A stretch of 64,000 nt of DNA from an uncultured Pseudomonadales bacterium. Lineage in GTDB: Bacteria; Patescibacteriota; Microgenomatia; UBA1400; MFAQ01. Below, in pieces: positions 40,724 through 50,134 of this stretch. Where the stretch lies: contig CAZENT010000005.1 of NCBI GenBank assembly GCA_964513845.1, positions 41,590 through 105,589 of the forward strand. Direction: 5' to 3'. Position 1 is the first letter of the stretch; each line of letters begins with the position of its first letter. Made by a program: the position numbers and the translations under genes. Below the pieces are notes generated by a model that saw only the letters and a list, made by a program, of their open reading frames with translations, did not search any database and was not told where the DNA came from.

Positions 40724-40797
40724 TGGTCGCGACAGGAATCGAACCTGTGACCTCTGCAATGTGAATGCAGCGCTCTAACCAACTGAGCTACGCGACC
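40724..40797 (-). tRNA. tRNA-Val (anticodon CAC)
   Basis: The reverse complement reads GGTCGCG-TA-GCTC-AGTTGGTTA-GAGC-G-CTGCA-TTCACAT-TGCAG-AGGTC-ACAGG-TTCGATT-CCTGT-CGCGACC-A. CCA is not encoded. Confidence 0.85.
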
Positions 40798-40832
40798 GAC
40801 TTGATATATTATACCAATCGATTTAAACTGAA

Positions 40833-41402
40833 GTGATGTCTTTTGCACGAAAACTAATAAAAATTGTTTACGAGTTTGTTGAAGCCTTCGTAATTTCTGC
40901 CTCTGTTTTTGTAGTGGTTTATTTGTTCTTGATGCAACCGCACCAAGTCAAAGGCTCTTCAATGTTCCCCACATTTAAAGACAAAGAGTACTTGTTAACA
41001 GATAAAATCACTTACAAAAGAGCCGACCCTAGTTTTGGAGACGTGATTGTTTTTAAAGCACCAATTAACGAAAATTTTGACTTTATAAAGAGAGTGATTG
41101 CCGTACCGGGGCAGACTGTGAAGGTAAAGGGTGGACATGTATATATTGACGGCACATTGCTAAATGAAAGTTACCTGTCAAATGATATTGTGACAAATCC
41201 TGGACAGTTTTTACTTGAGGGAGAGAGCTATATGGTGCAACCCGGAGAAGTAATGGCCTTTGGAGACAATCGCGATCACTCATCGGATAGTCGCGACTGG
41301 GGTCCAGTACCAAATCAGAACATCGTAGGAAGAGTATTTTTTCGTTACTGGCCAACAAACGTTGTCGGAGTTGTATCCAATCCTGCTAAAGCTTCAAACT
41401 AA
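40833..41402 (+). CDS. lepB: signal peptidase I
   Basis: GSSMFPTF (Ser box), KRVIAVPGQTV, and GDNRDHSSDSRDWGPVP. Confidence 0.85.
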   Translation: MMSFARKLIKIVYEFVEAFVISASVFVVVYLFLMQPHQVKGSSMFPTFKDKEYLLTDKITYKRADPSFGDVIVFKAPINENFDFIKRVIAVPGQTVKVKGGHVYIDGTLLNESYLSNDIVTNPGQFLLEGESYMVQPGEVMAFGDNRDHSSDSRDWGPVPNQNIVGRVFFRYWPTNVVGVVSNPAKASN

Positions 41403-41404
41403 GT

Positions 41405-42451
41405 TTAATATTCAGTGAGATTTTCTGGATCTTGAGGAACTACGGAATCAGAAGGCTGAGTTGCTTGTGGTTTTTCCAACATGGGTTCAAAAGGATTTGA
41501 GTAGGTGTTGTCTAAGGTGACAGGCTCTGGAGTAACTTCGAATACGGATTCGCGGACTTGAACTTCTTGAATTTCTTGAACCTTGTGGACTTCTTCTGCA
41601 ACTTCCGGTTGTGATTCATGTTTTTGTGCAGGGACAACGAGCATGTCATAGATCTTTTGAATCTGAGACTCAGTTTCTTCCGGGTTTCCTTTGAGAACGA
41701 TGTGGATAGCTGTTTCGACTCTGGATCGTCGCATCTTGACATGAACATTCTCCCCGATTGACTGACCAATAGCTGTGGCCATACTGTCGATTGATTCGTT
41801 GACTGTTTTGGTGTTGAAGCCATCAGATGGTTTTGAACGATGCATGGATTTTTTGAAACGGCGAGAAAGTTCTTCAGCTCGTCTGACTGAGCCACCCTCT
41901 CGTAGAATCATCTTGTAGGCTTCGATCATTTGCTGAGTGTCGGGAATGGCCGCCAAAGCTCTAGCGTGACCCTCGGTGATAACACCAGAGATCAAACCAT
42001 CTTTAAGGGCATCAGGAAGCTCCAGAAGACGAAAGGTGTTACTAACGTAGGCCGGACTTTTACCAATACGGGTACAGATATCGGAGTTTGATAGAGAAAA
42101 TTCTTTGATCAGGCGCTCAAAAGAGTTGGCACGGTCGATCGGGTTGAGATCGGTACGCTGAACATTTTCCACGATAGCCATCTCAAGCATTCCCTGAGGG
42201 GTGGTTTCGATGATCCTGACAGGAACTTCGGTGAGACCGGCTAGACGGCTGGCTCTCCAGCGACGCTCTCCGGCAATAATTTGGTAGCCCGCGGGAGTGT
42301 GTGCCACGACCAAAGGCTGGATGACGCCGTGAGTTTTGATGGAATCAATTAGTTCGGAAAGCGATTCAGGAGTGATCACACCTCTTGGTTGAAGAGGGTT
42401 GGGTTGAAGATAGTCTAGTGGTAATCTTGCAACCTGTTGATCGTCTGGCAT
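41405..42451 (-). CDS. parB: ParB/Spo0J-like partition protein with long low-complexity C-terminal extension
   Basis: The ParB N-terminal domain (IQPLVVAH...IIAGERRWRASRLAG) and an HTH (SNSDICTRIGKSPAYVSNTFRLLELP). Confidence 0.8.
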   Translation of the reverse strand: MPDDQQVARLPLDYLQPNPLQPRGVITPESLSELIDSIKTHGVIQPLVVAHTPAGYQIIAGERRWRASRLAGLTEVPVRIIETTPQGMLEMAIVENVQRTDLNPIDRANSFERLIKEFSLSNSDICTRIGKSPAYVSNTFRLLELPDALKDGLISGVITEGHARALAAIPDTQQMIEAYKMILREGGSVRRAEELSRRFKKSMHRSKPSDGFNTKTVNESIDSMATAIGQSIGENVHVKMRRSRVETAIHIVLKGNPEETESQIQKIYDMLVVPAQKHESQPEVAEEVHKVQEIQEVQVRESVFEVTPEPVTLDNTYSNPFEPMLEKPQATQPSDSVVPQDPENLTEY

Positions 42452-42703
42452 TTATTTTGTGATTACGTCTACGTATTTAATCCCGTTTAGTTTGCGGTAT
42501 TTAACATTTCCAGGGGCTGTAGCGTAAACTGTAAAGTCTCGACCTTTGTCTGTGTTTAAACCAGCATGAACAGCAGCTCCGCGCTGACGAACGATAATTT
42601 GACCGGTTTTGATCTCTTCTCCACCGTAGATTTTAACGCCTAGTCTTTTACCGGGACGTTGAGAGTGTTGTCTGGTAGCTCCACCAGATTTGACATGTGC
42701 CAT
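42452..42703 (-). CDS. rpmA: 50S ribosomal protein L27
   Basis: MAHVKSGGATR...GKRLGVKIYGGE...IIVRQRG. There is no N-terminal pro-peptide. Confidence 0.9.
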   Translation of the reverse strand: MAHVKSGGATRQHSQRPGKRLGVKIYGGEEIKTGQIIVRQRGAAVHAGLNTDKGRDFTVYATAPGNVKYRKLNGIKYVDVITK

Positions 42704-42714
42704 ATTTGTTTATT

Positions 42715-43767
42715 TTATTTTTTTTGTAAGACCAATATTTCACGCTTAACATCCGCGTCGGGACGTGAATAAAATATTCCGCGTTTCAATGGATTGTAAC
42801 TTAACTTTAGCTTCCCGTCAATTATTTCGCTAGTCTTATATTCTTTTCTACCATCATTGAACCAGGGGAAAACCATGACTACGAAACCACCTGGCTTCAA
42901 AACTTTTAACCAGTCTTTTAGACAACCAAGATAAAGCTTCTCAAGACCAGGAACAATGAAACGGATTTCATCGGGGCGGAATTTGGATTTTCCGAGGAAC
43001 GGTTCGGTAACAATGGCGTCAATGTTAGAAAATTTTTCGGACAGATGAGTAGCATCAAGAATCTCAACTTGACCTGAGAATCTCATTGATTGAAGATTTT
43101 CGATGGTATCCTGAACTTGTTTGGCCACGATATCTGTGCCACCAATAGTGTAGCCAACCTCGGCGGCTTCAACAAGCACTCTACCCGATCCACAAAACGG
43201 ATCAAGTAGAATCTTACCTTCCGGATCGAGAGGAATTAGATTAACCATACTTCTGGCAATTTTGGGGGGGAGCATACCGGCCTGAGGATCAATGTGAGGC
43301 ATGTGACGATCTTTTTGGATCCAGTGAATGAAGTTGTGGGACCAAACTGTTTGCCAAACCTGGTTATTTTCAATATCTAAAAAGAATTCGTCTATCTTGT
43401 GTTTTCTATTGATGACCGGAGAAACTCCAAACTCATCTTTGGCAATGACAAAGCGACCTCTTTCGAGCAAGTCTTTGACGTCTGTGTGAAGTTTGTCGAG
43501 ATTTTCTCTTTTTCCCAATAGACTTATGGAGAAGTTTTTGGCTTTGATCTGCTTGGCGATGGACTGAGCATCGGTTTTTACATCTTCCAGGAGAACGGCC
43601 ACTTTGATACTGCAACCGAGTTTTTCGGCGATTGCTTTTGCTTCGTCAACAGAATCCATCTCAAAACGATAGACATTAGGGGAAATTTGGGTTGCCTTCT
43701 CAATTTGGACAGATACCTCTTCTGCCGCCAAAGTGTTGTTGGCTCCGACGAACAATATGAATTGCAT
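42715..43767 (-). CDS. putative RNA methyltransferase (UPF0020/Trm11-RlmL-like class I MTase)
   Basis: Motif I LLDPFCGSGRVLVEAA and a downstream VTEPFLG (degenerate DPPY-like motif IV), preceded by a roughly 150-aa N-terminal domain. Confidence 0.55.
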   Translation of the reverse strand: MQFILFVGANNTLAAEEVSVQIEKATQISPNVYRFEMDSVDEAKAIAEKLGCSIKVAVLLEDVKTDAQSIAKQIKAKNFSISLLGKRENLDKLHTDVKDLLERGRFVIAKDEFGVSPVINRKHKIDEFFLDIENNQVWQTVWSHNFIHWIQKDRHMPHIDPQAGMLPPKIARSMVNLIPLDPEGKILLDPFCGSGRVLVEAAEVGYTIGGTDIVAKQVQDTIENLQSMRFSGQVEILDATHLSEKFSNIDAIVTEPFLGKSKFRPDEIRFIVPGLEKLYLGCLKDWLKVLKPGGFVVMVFPWFNDGRKEYKTSEIIDGKLKLSYNPLKRGIFYSRPDADVKREILVLQKK

Positions 43768-43773
43768 TTTGGT

Positions 43774-44100
43774 TTAAAGGTTTATCGCCTTGACAGTGAG
43801 ATAACTCTCGGACTGTCTGTGACCAAGAACTTTTCTGTATCTTGATTTAGCTTTAAATTTGGCGACACGAATTTTTTCTCCTCTGCCGACACTGTCTAAA
43901 ACGAGCTCAACAGATGCTTTTTCGACGAAAGGCTGACCAACTTTGGTTTCTTTACCATCGTGAGTTAACAAAACCTCAGTGACCTTAAGAGTGTCACCAA
44001 CTTTGGTTTCGATTTTCTCAGCTGTAATTTTGTCGCCTTGTTTGACCAAGAACTGTTTTCCGCCAAGTTCAATGACGGCATATATATTTTTGTCTTCCAT
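43774..44100 (-). CDS. rplU: 50S ribosomal protein L21
   Basis: MYAVIELGGKQFLVKQGD-type N-terminus (IYAVIELGGKQFLVKQGDKI). Confidence 0.9.
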   Translation of the reverse strand: MEDKNIYAVIELGGKQFLVKQGDKITAEKIETKVGDTLKVTEVLLTHDGKETKVGQPFVEKASVELVLDSVGRGEKIRVAKFKAKSRYRKVLGHRQSESYLTVKAINL

Positions 44101-44108
44101 GTGCGCAA

Positions 44109-45164
44109 TTATATCTCAAAGGGTGTGATTAAATCAAGCTGGCGAAGCTGAAGTCCAAACAGCATCGCAAAACTAAGAAGAGAGCTGCCTCCGTATGAAA
44201 AAAGTGGAAGCGTAATTCCTGTTACCGGCATAACCCCCAGGTTCATTCCGACATTAACCACTGTTTGAAAAGCAATTATGGAAAATACGGACAATGACAG
44301 CAGTGATGCCCTGGGATCTTTAAGGACTGTTCCTGTTTTTAGACAAGTGCGAAAAATTATGAAGTAGGCCACCAACAACACGGTAGCCCCAACCAAGCCA
44401 AATTCTTCAACGTATGAGGCAAAAATAAAATCAGTATGACGTTCGGGGAGAAAGTTAAGATGTGACTGAGTACCAAGCTTAACCCCTTTTCCAAACACGC
44501 CACCAGAACCGACAGCTATAGTCGCCTGAATGACATTGTATCCGGTACCTTGAGGATCTTTGTAGGGATTTATGAATGTTTCTATTCTTTGTCTTTGATA
44601 TGGCTTGAGAACTTTGGACTCAAGAGGAATCGCGATGGCAAAAAATATTACGCCGACGATAAAGAGTTTTTTTAAGTGACCAGTAAATACAAGCAAAGCG
44701 AGGGGAAGACAGGTGAGTGTAAGTGCAGATCCGAGATCTGGCTGAACAGCAACGAAGCCAACGGGAATAATAGCCAGAAATAGAAATTTTAGAAAATCTT
44801 TCCACTTGGTAAGTTTGTTTTGAGATAGGTACGCAGAGTAAAAAATGGCCAAGAATGGCTTAATAATTTCTGAAGTTTGAAGATTAAAGAAGCCTAAATC
44901 AATCCAACGAATAGAACCTCGAATATTTCTGCCAATAAACATGGTGAGTAATAGTAGAAAAATACTTAAAACATAAAGCGCTGTGGAAATACTGAAAAAG
45001 GTTCTGGTGTCGACTCTGGATAGCAAAAATACAATAATAATTCCGGCGACAACAAACTCCAGTTGGGTGAAAAATAACTCAGGTGCGGTACTCCAGATAG
45101 TAATAAGGCCCAAAATAAGAACTAGCAATAAGGCGGCGATAAGTAAGCCCTTGTTTGGACGCAT
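44109..45164 (-). CDS. rodA: SEDS family peptidoglycan glycosyltransferase (RodA-like)
   Basis: SEDS motifs (ERHTDFIFASYVEEFG, GVMPVTGITLPLFSYGGSS). Separate from the ftsW in the dcw cluster. Confidence 0.75.
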   Translation of the reverse strand: MRPNKGLLIAALLLVLILGLITIWSTAPELFFTQLEFVVAGIIIVFLLSRVDTRTFFSISTALYVLSIFLLLLTMFIGRNIRGSIRWIDLGFFNLQTSEIIKPFLAIFYSAYLSQNKLTKWKDFLKFLFLAIIPVGFVAVQPDLGSALTLTCLPLALLVFTGHLKKLFIVGVIFFAIAIPLESKVLKPYQRQRIETFINPYKDPQGTGYNVIQATIAVGSGGVFGKGVKLGTQSHLNFLPERHTDFIFASYVEEFGLVGATVLLVAYFIIFRTCLKTGTVLKDPRASLLSLSVFSIIAFQTVVNVGMNLGVMPVTGITLPLFSYGGSSLLSFAMLFGLQLRQLDLITPFEI

Positions 45165-45165
45165 A

Positions 45166-48111
45166 TTAATTCGATCTTACAACTTTAAGCTCTGATCCTT
45201 TAGTTATTTTTGACACTAAAGCCTTTCGCTTGATTTCATCTTCGTATTTGATGGGCCATTCAGGAAGAATAATATCTATCTTTTCATCGAGAAAACAGCC
45301 AGCTTCTTTTCTTGCTCCTTGGATATTACGAATGATTTCGCGCAATAAACCCTTGTCTTTTAAATCAGCAGTAATGACGATATCAAACTCGACACTATCA
45401 TTACCCTTCTCAATGATGACGCTTTCAACGTTTAACTCATCTTTAATTAATTGAAGTAGTTGATTTTCATCTTTCAAGTCTTGATAGTCTCCTTTAATAG
45501 TGATCGACGCCAATGGTTGTTTAATTGCAAGGCTTAGTTTCTTCCTCTCGGCATTTCCAAGCTCGCAAATACTACGAACTTTTTGCATAAGGTTAATTAG
45601 TTTTTTGTCTTCATCTGTAATTGGTGATGATTCAGGCCAATCAGCAAGATGAACGGTGTCTTCCCCGGTAATGTTGGTGTAAATCATGTCGGCCATATAA
45701 GGAATGAAGGGCATTAACACACGCGAAATGGTTTCCAAGACATGATATAGAGTTTGATTACAACTCTCTTTGTCAGCGCTTGAGGGAACAGCAGGACCGA
45801 CACGATCACGACTACGTCTGATAAACCATAAAGATAAATCTTGTGTAAATGATTCAATGGCCATGGTGGCAGTGAAGGCGTCGAAATTTTGTAACTTATT
45901 AGTTACTTCAGTAATGGTTTCATTTAAACGAACCAAAATCCATCGATCGAGAACGTTTTGTGATTTTTCTGAATTATCCACGTATTGCCAGTTTTCCAGG
46001 GAAGCGAAGTTGGCAAAATATCGATAAGAGTTCCAGAGAAGCATGTTAAACTGACGCTTGATCTCACCTACTGTTTTATAACCAAAAAGGAGGTTTCTCT
46101 CCGGATTTTGACGGAGAAAGGCCCAACGCATTGCATCGACACTCATCTTGTCAGCTCCTTCGTTAAATTCAACGGAGTTTCCTGTTGACTTATGCATAGG
46201 ACGACCATCTTCAGCAACAACTGTGGCATGCCCAAGAACATTTTTAAACGGAGGTCGATCTTCAAGAACAGTACTCATGGCGATAAGGGCATAAAACCAG
46301 TTTTTAAACTGACCCGGAAAAGACTCCGTAATGAAATCTGCAGGGAACCATTCTTGCCAGTATTTTTTATCGTCAGTATAACTAACATTGCCGGTTTTTG
46401 GATCAATGAGAGTCGAATAAGCAACGATTCCAGCATCTAACCAAGGATTTCCAACGTCGCTAACCCGATGCATGGTACTACCACAATCGCATTTGAGGGT
46501 AATTTCGTCGATAAATGGTTTATGAGGTGAATGACCGGCAAATATATCCCAACCGGAAGCGGCTTTTTTCTCTAATTCTTCTTTGCTTCCAATAATCTGG
46601 AATTTTCCGCAATCATCGCAAACCCAGATGGGTAGAGCGAGACCCCAGTATCGATTTTTCTTGCTAATCAACCAGTCATGCATGTTATTCAACCAATCAA
46701 TCTCTCTTTCTAGGCCAAACTCAGGCTGCCAAGAAATTTGATTGGCAACATCGATCATTTTTTGTCTTAAGGTTCTTCCTTTTTGATCATTTGGGTCAAC
46801 TTTGTCCATTGCGATATACCATTCATCAGCCACCTTCCAAACAAGCTCGGTTTTACAACGCCAACAAGCAGGATATCGATGGGTATAGTTTTCGACTCGG
46901 AAAATCCAGTTATCACCCTGATTTTCTCTTTCCGCAAGAAAGTCAAGAATTATTTCTGGGTGCTTCTTGGCGTTTTGACCGGAAAGAAAACCTAGATTGG
47001 GCAAGTAATCGGCATTATCGGCGATGATTGGAATAAGGGGAAGTCCAAGCTTGCGACCAAGTAAGAAGTCTTCGGTACCGGCACTTGGGGCAGTGTGGAC
47101 CATACCGGTACCTTCAGTTTCACTTATTGGAAGAATAAATGGGTCAGTTTCAACAACAACATGGAACTTGTCTGGATTGGCTTGAGAAACTGAGGCGATA
47201 GCTGGAAGATTTTCAAAAGCCGTTTGGTAGTGAAGTCCTGCCAGCTCAGAACCAAGAGAGGTGTTAACTATTTGCTTATACCCATCTCTAAAAACCTTCT
47301 CAACAAGAGCTTTGAGAACCCAAAAACGATCACCGCCATTACCCTCGACAAGTGCGTATTCCTTCGTACCATCGACCGAAACGGCTATGTTGGCAGGAAT
47401 GGTCCAAGGCGTGGTTGTCCAAACAAGAAGAAACTCTCTATCGCGACCAACAATCGGAAACTCCATAATGATAGACTTATGGGTAATTTCTTTGTAGTCT
47501 TCTGTAAGCATTTCATGCTGAGATATTGCAGTTTCACAACGAGGACACCATGGAACTGCGTCGTGACCCTTGTAAATCCAACCCTTTTGCCAACATACCT
47601 GCAAGAAATGCCAGATGGTGTAGTTGTTTTCATCAGACATGGTGTAATAAGAATTTTCCCAGTCCATGAAGTAACCAAGGCGCTTGCTTTGTTCGGCTTG
47701 TATGGCAGAATACTTTAGAACTCTATCCTTACAGAGTTGGACAAATTTATCGACACCATACACTTCAATATCTTTCTTGGTACGAAAACCCAGTTCTTTT
47801 TCCACTTCAACCTCAACCCAAAGCCCCTGACAGTCAAAACCGTTCTGAAAGCGCTGTTTGTAGCCACGCATATTGTTGAATCGCTGCCAAAGATCTTTGT
47901 ATGTTCTTCCCCACGCATGGTGAACACCCATGGGATTATTTGCTGTTATCGGACCGTCAAGAAAAAAGAATTTTTTGTCTGAAGAATCGTTTTTATGAAG
48001 ATATTGATCAACAATACCTTCGCTATACCAACGATTTAAAAGCTCTTTTTCCAGTGATGAAAAATCCGGCATTGAATCAACTTCTTTTATTTGATGTGTT
48101 TTGTTTTTCAT
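45166..48111 (-). CDS. ileS: isoleucyl-tRNA synthetase
   Basis: Class I HIGH-like MGVHHAWG, a KMSKS-like MHKSTGN, and a zinc-binding C-terminus (CDDCG...CDCGS). 981 aa. Confidence 0.9.
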   Translation of the reverse strand: MKNKTHQIKEVDSMPDFSSLEKELLNRWYSEGIVDQYLHKNDSSDKKFFFLDGPITANNPMGVHHAWGRTYKDLWQRFNNMRGYKQRFQNGFDCQGLWVEVEVEKELGFRTKKDIEVYGVDKFVQLCKDRVLKYSAIQAEQSKRLGYFMDWENSYYTMSDENNYTIWHFLQVCWQKGWIYKGHDAVPWCPRCETAISQHEMLTEDYKEITHKSIIMEFPIVGRDREFLLVWTTTPWTIPANIAVSVDGTKEYALVEGNGGDRFWVLKALVEKVFRDGYKQIVNTSLGSELAGLHYQTAFENLPAIASVSQANPDKFHVVVETDPFILPISETEGTGMVHTAPSAGTEDFLLGRKLGLPLIPIIADNADYLPNLGFLSGQNAKKHPEIILDFLAERENQGDNWIFRVENYTHRYPACWRCKTELVWKVADEWYIAMDKVDPNDQKGRTLRQKMIDVANQISWQPEFGLEREIDWLNNMHDWLISKKNRYWGLALPIWVCDDCGKFQIIGSKEELEKKAASGWDIFAGHSPHKPFIDEITLKCDCGSTMHRVSDVGNPWLDAGIVAYSTLIDPKTGNVSYTDDKKYWQEWFPADFITESFPGQFKNWFYALIAMSTVLEDRPPFKNVLGHATVVAEDGRPMHKSTGNSVEFNEGADKMSVDAMRWAFLRQNPERNLLFGYKTVGEIKRQFNMLLWNSYRYFANFASLENWQYVDNSEKSQNVLDRWILVRLNETITEVTNKLQNFDAFTATMAIESFTQDLSLWFIRRSRDRVGPAVPSSADKESCNQTLYHVLETISRVLMPFIPYMADMIYTNITGEDTVHLADWPESSPITDEDKKLINLMQKVRSICELGNAERKKLSLAIKQPLASITIKGDYQDLKDENQLLQLIKDELNVESVIIEKGNDSVEFDIVITADLKDKGLLREIIRNIQGARKEAGCFLDEKIDIILPEWPIKYEDEIKRKALVSKITKGSELKVVRSN

Positions 48112-48330
48112 TTTTTTGATATAAAAAAATCCCGCTAAGCCAAAGGCTTACAGGATTAGAGTCGTAAAACTACTGTTTTAGGACGGTACCATCTAATTTT
48201 TTACTTGTTTTTCGCTATTACGGGCTTCCCGGGAAGGTCTACTTGATTCTTCTTCCAGCTTGCCGGTGATTTTCGGCTCAAACGCTTTTGTACTGGTTGA
48301 TTATAGCAGTTTGAAGCAGTTTTTTCTCAA
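48112..48330 (-). promoter_or_regulatory. T-box riboswitch leader with promoter upstream of ileS
   Basis: Minus strand shows a TTGAGA-N19-TATAAT promoter at 48330-48300. A short hairpin GCCG-AAAAUCAC-CGGC (48277-48262) carries AUC plus a purine. The T-box sequence AAUUAGA-UGGUACC-GUCC (revcomp of 48181-48198) forms antiterminator helices A1 (AUUAGA/UCUAAU) and A2 (GUCCUAAAAC/GUUUUACGAC) around a 7-nt UGGUACC bulge. A mutually exclusive terminator (12-bp stem, 48121-48157) is followed by eight U residues about 10 nt before the ATG. Confidence 0.75.
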
Positions 48331-48416
48331 TATGTCTGCTTATATTGATACTATAAGGTATAATACTACTGTTTGATGTGCGGTTCATTTAAATTCTGTT
48401 GGAATAAGGAGAGAGA

Positions 48417-49958
48417 ATGAGAAAATCGTTTTGGTTTTTACTTGGCTTGGGTCTGGTTGTTATTTGTTTTTTGTTCTTCGGATACACAACCTCGGTATCT
48501 GGTTTGATTTATAACATTTCTAACCACCTCATTTCGTTTGTTCTGGTTATCCTTATTGTTGCTTCGTTTGTATTTGCATTGATTCAAGCAAGCGATAATG
48601 GCGAGTTAAAGCATTTTTGGTGGCCGACAATATCGATTGTCGCCTGGATCATGGTCTTGATTTTCCAAGAACCAGTGATGCTTAACAATCTATATAAAAA
48701 CACAAATTACACGGAAGGCCAGTTAAAGGCTCAGGTTGAAGTTCGTGATGTCCCGTACACTGTGGCAGCCACAAATTTTGATGCCACAAACCCAGACTCT
48801 ATGTCACAACCCGGGGACCTGGATTATATCCAGGGTGAGTGGATTGCGAGCATCGATCCCAAGGGTTTTTGGAATACATTAACAAAAGAGTCGCAAGGAT
48901 TCTTCGTTTATGATCCAAACGGAACGGACAAAGTCTTAAGGCTTATCCAGAATATGCCATTTGCAGAAAACGGCTTATGGTTTAATTCGTCAACCTGGTT
49001 TGTTAAAAGACAATCGTACTTTGCTGAGTTTCACGAGATCCAGTACATTGCCGATCAAGAAACTCACGAAGTTCTTGCTGTTGTTGCGTTAATTAAGCGC
49101 CAGGGGTTTTCCCGATGGCCATACGTCGCCAATGTTTTGATTGTCCACCCCGATGGCGATACGGAAATGCTGACAGTCGATCAGGCTGAGGCTGACCCTC
49201 GTCTTGTGGGTATCGCTATCAAGCCTGAATGGATTGCGAATATGGAGGCTCAGGCATATGGATATCGAAATGGCGTAATTAAAGCAATATTTAATCGTCA
49301 AGGAAGAATCCAGGTTCAGACTTCATCCGTAAATGATGAAAACACGGCTCCGTTCCACCTGGAGACTGTTGAGGGAAATATGTGGGTAACTCCATTCTCG
49401 CCCCACAAAGGGAATAGCCTGATCGGCATTGCTACAACCTCAAGCCATGACGTTAATGGGCCAGTGTATATCTGGATGTTGCCGGAGGGGCAGGCTTACT
49501 TGGGCGCCGATCGATTGACATCGCTAATTGAGGGAGCTCCGTCTCACCGAAATATCAATTGGTTCCGTAGCAGTACCACAAAAGAAGGCGAAGATATCAC
49601 TTGCGGAAACATGACAGTGCTGGAAATGGTACCTGTTGTACGAGCTGAGGCGGGCGGAAATCACTTATATTTCATGGGTTACACCTCAACAGCTCCGAAC
49701 TCGGTGGTTGTTTCTTTTTACTCAATCGTTGATCCGCAAACTCAGGTAGTCTATAAAGACTTAATGAGTGATGGTGAAGTTGAGTCTTGGCTTCGCGGTG
49801 AGTATGAACTGAAACCAGTATCAGCAGATACTGAAGCGATTGAAGCCACCCCAGCCGGAGCTTGCAGTCTTTCAGAAGCGGTTAGCTCTCAACCAACAAA
49901 TGAGTTATTTGATTTGATTGATAGTATTCTTCAAGAGCTTGAAAATCGAGCTAAATAG
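48417..49958 (+). CDS. hypothetical membrane-anchored protein (3 N-terminal TM helices, large extracytoplasmic domain)
   Basis: A 513-aa ORF with an AAGGAGAGAGA Shine-Dalgarno and a strong terminator downstream. No recognisable motif. Confidence 0.55.
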   Translation: MRKSFWFLLGLGLVVICFLFFGYTTSVSGLIYNISNHLISFVLVILIVASFVFALIQASDNGELKHFWWPTISIVAWIMVLIFQEPVMLNNLYKNTNYTEGQLKAQVEVRDVPYTVAATNFDATNPDSMSQPGDLDYIQGEWIASIDPKGFWNTLTKESQGFFVYDPNGTDKVLRLIQNMPFAENGLWFNSSTWFVKRQSYFAEFHEIQYIADQETHEVLAVVALIKRQGFSRWPYVANVLIVHPDGDTEMLTVDQAEADPRLVGIAIKPEWIANMEAQAYGYRNGVIKAIFNRQGRIQVQTSSVNDENTAPFHLETVEGNMWVTPFSPHKGNSLIGIATTSSHDVNGPVYIWMLPEGQAYLGADRLTSLIEGAPSHRNINWFRSSTTKEGEDITCGNMTVLEMVPVVRAEAGGNHLYFMGYTSTAPNSVVVSFYSIVDPQTQVVYKDLMSDGEVESWLRGEYELKPVSADTEAIEATPAGACSLSEAVSSQPTNELFDLIDSILQELENRAK

Positions 49959-49964
49959 AATTCA

Positions 49965-49991
49965 GGGCACCCCAAAAGGGTGCCTTTTTTT
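49965..49991 (+). terminator. rho-independent terminator
   Basis: A ggcaccc-caaaa-gggtgcc hairpin followed by TTTTTTT. Confidence 0.8.
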
Positions 49992-50134
49992 GGGAAAATT
50001 CCGGTAAGGGTGGTTCCCCAAGAACATGACTGATGATGATTTGTTCAATCTCTTTTGTGAATCAAGAGCTTCTTCACTAACTCTAACTTCATGTTATTTG
50101 TTAAATATATTACACCCTAGGTACGCATTTCCCC

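Noticed and set aside
40603-40724. The 122 bp between the tRNA-Val direct repeats as a mobile element
   Set aside because: It is far too small to encode anything and contains only a short hairpin. It is interpreted as a scar or remnant rather than an element.
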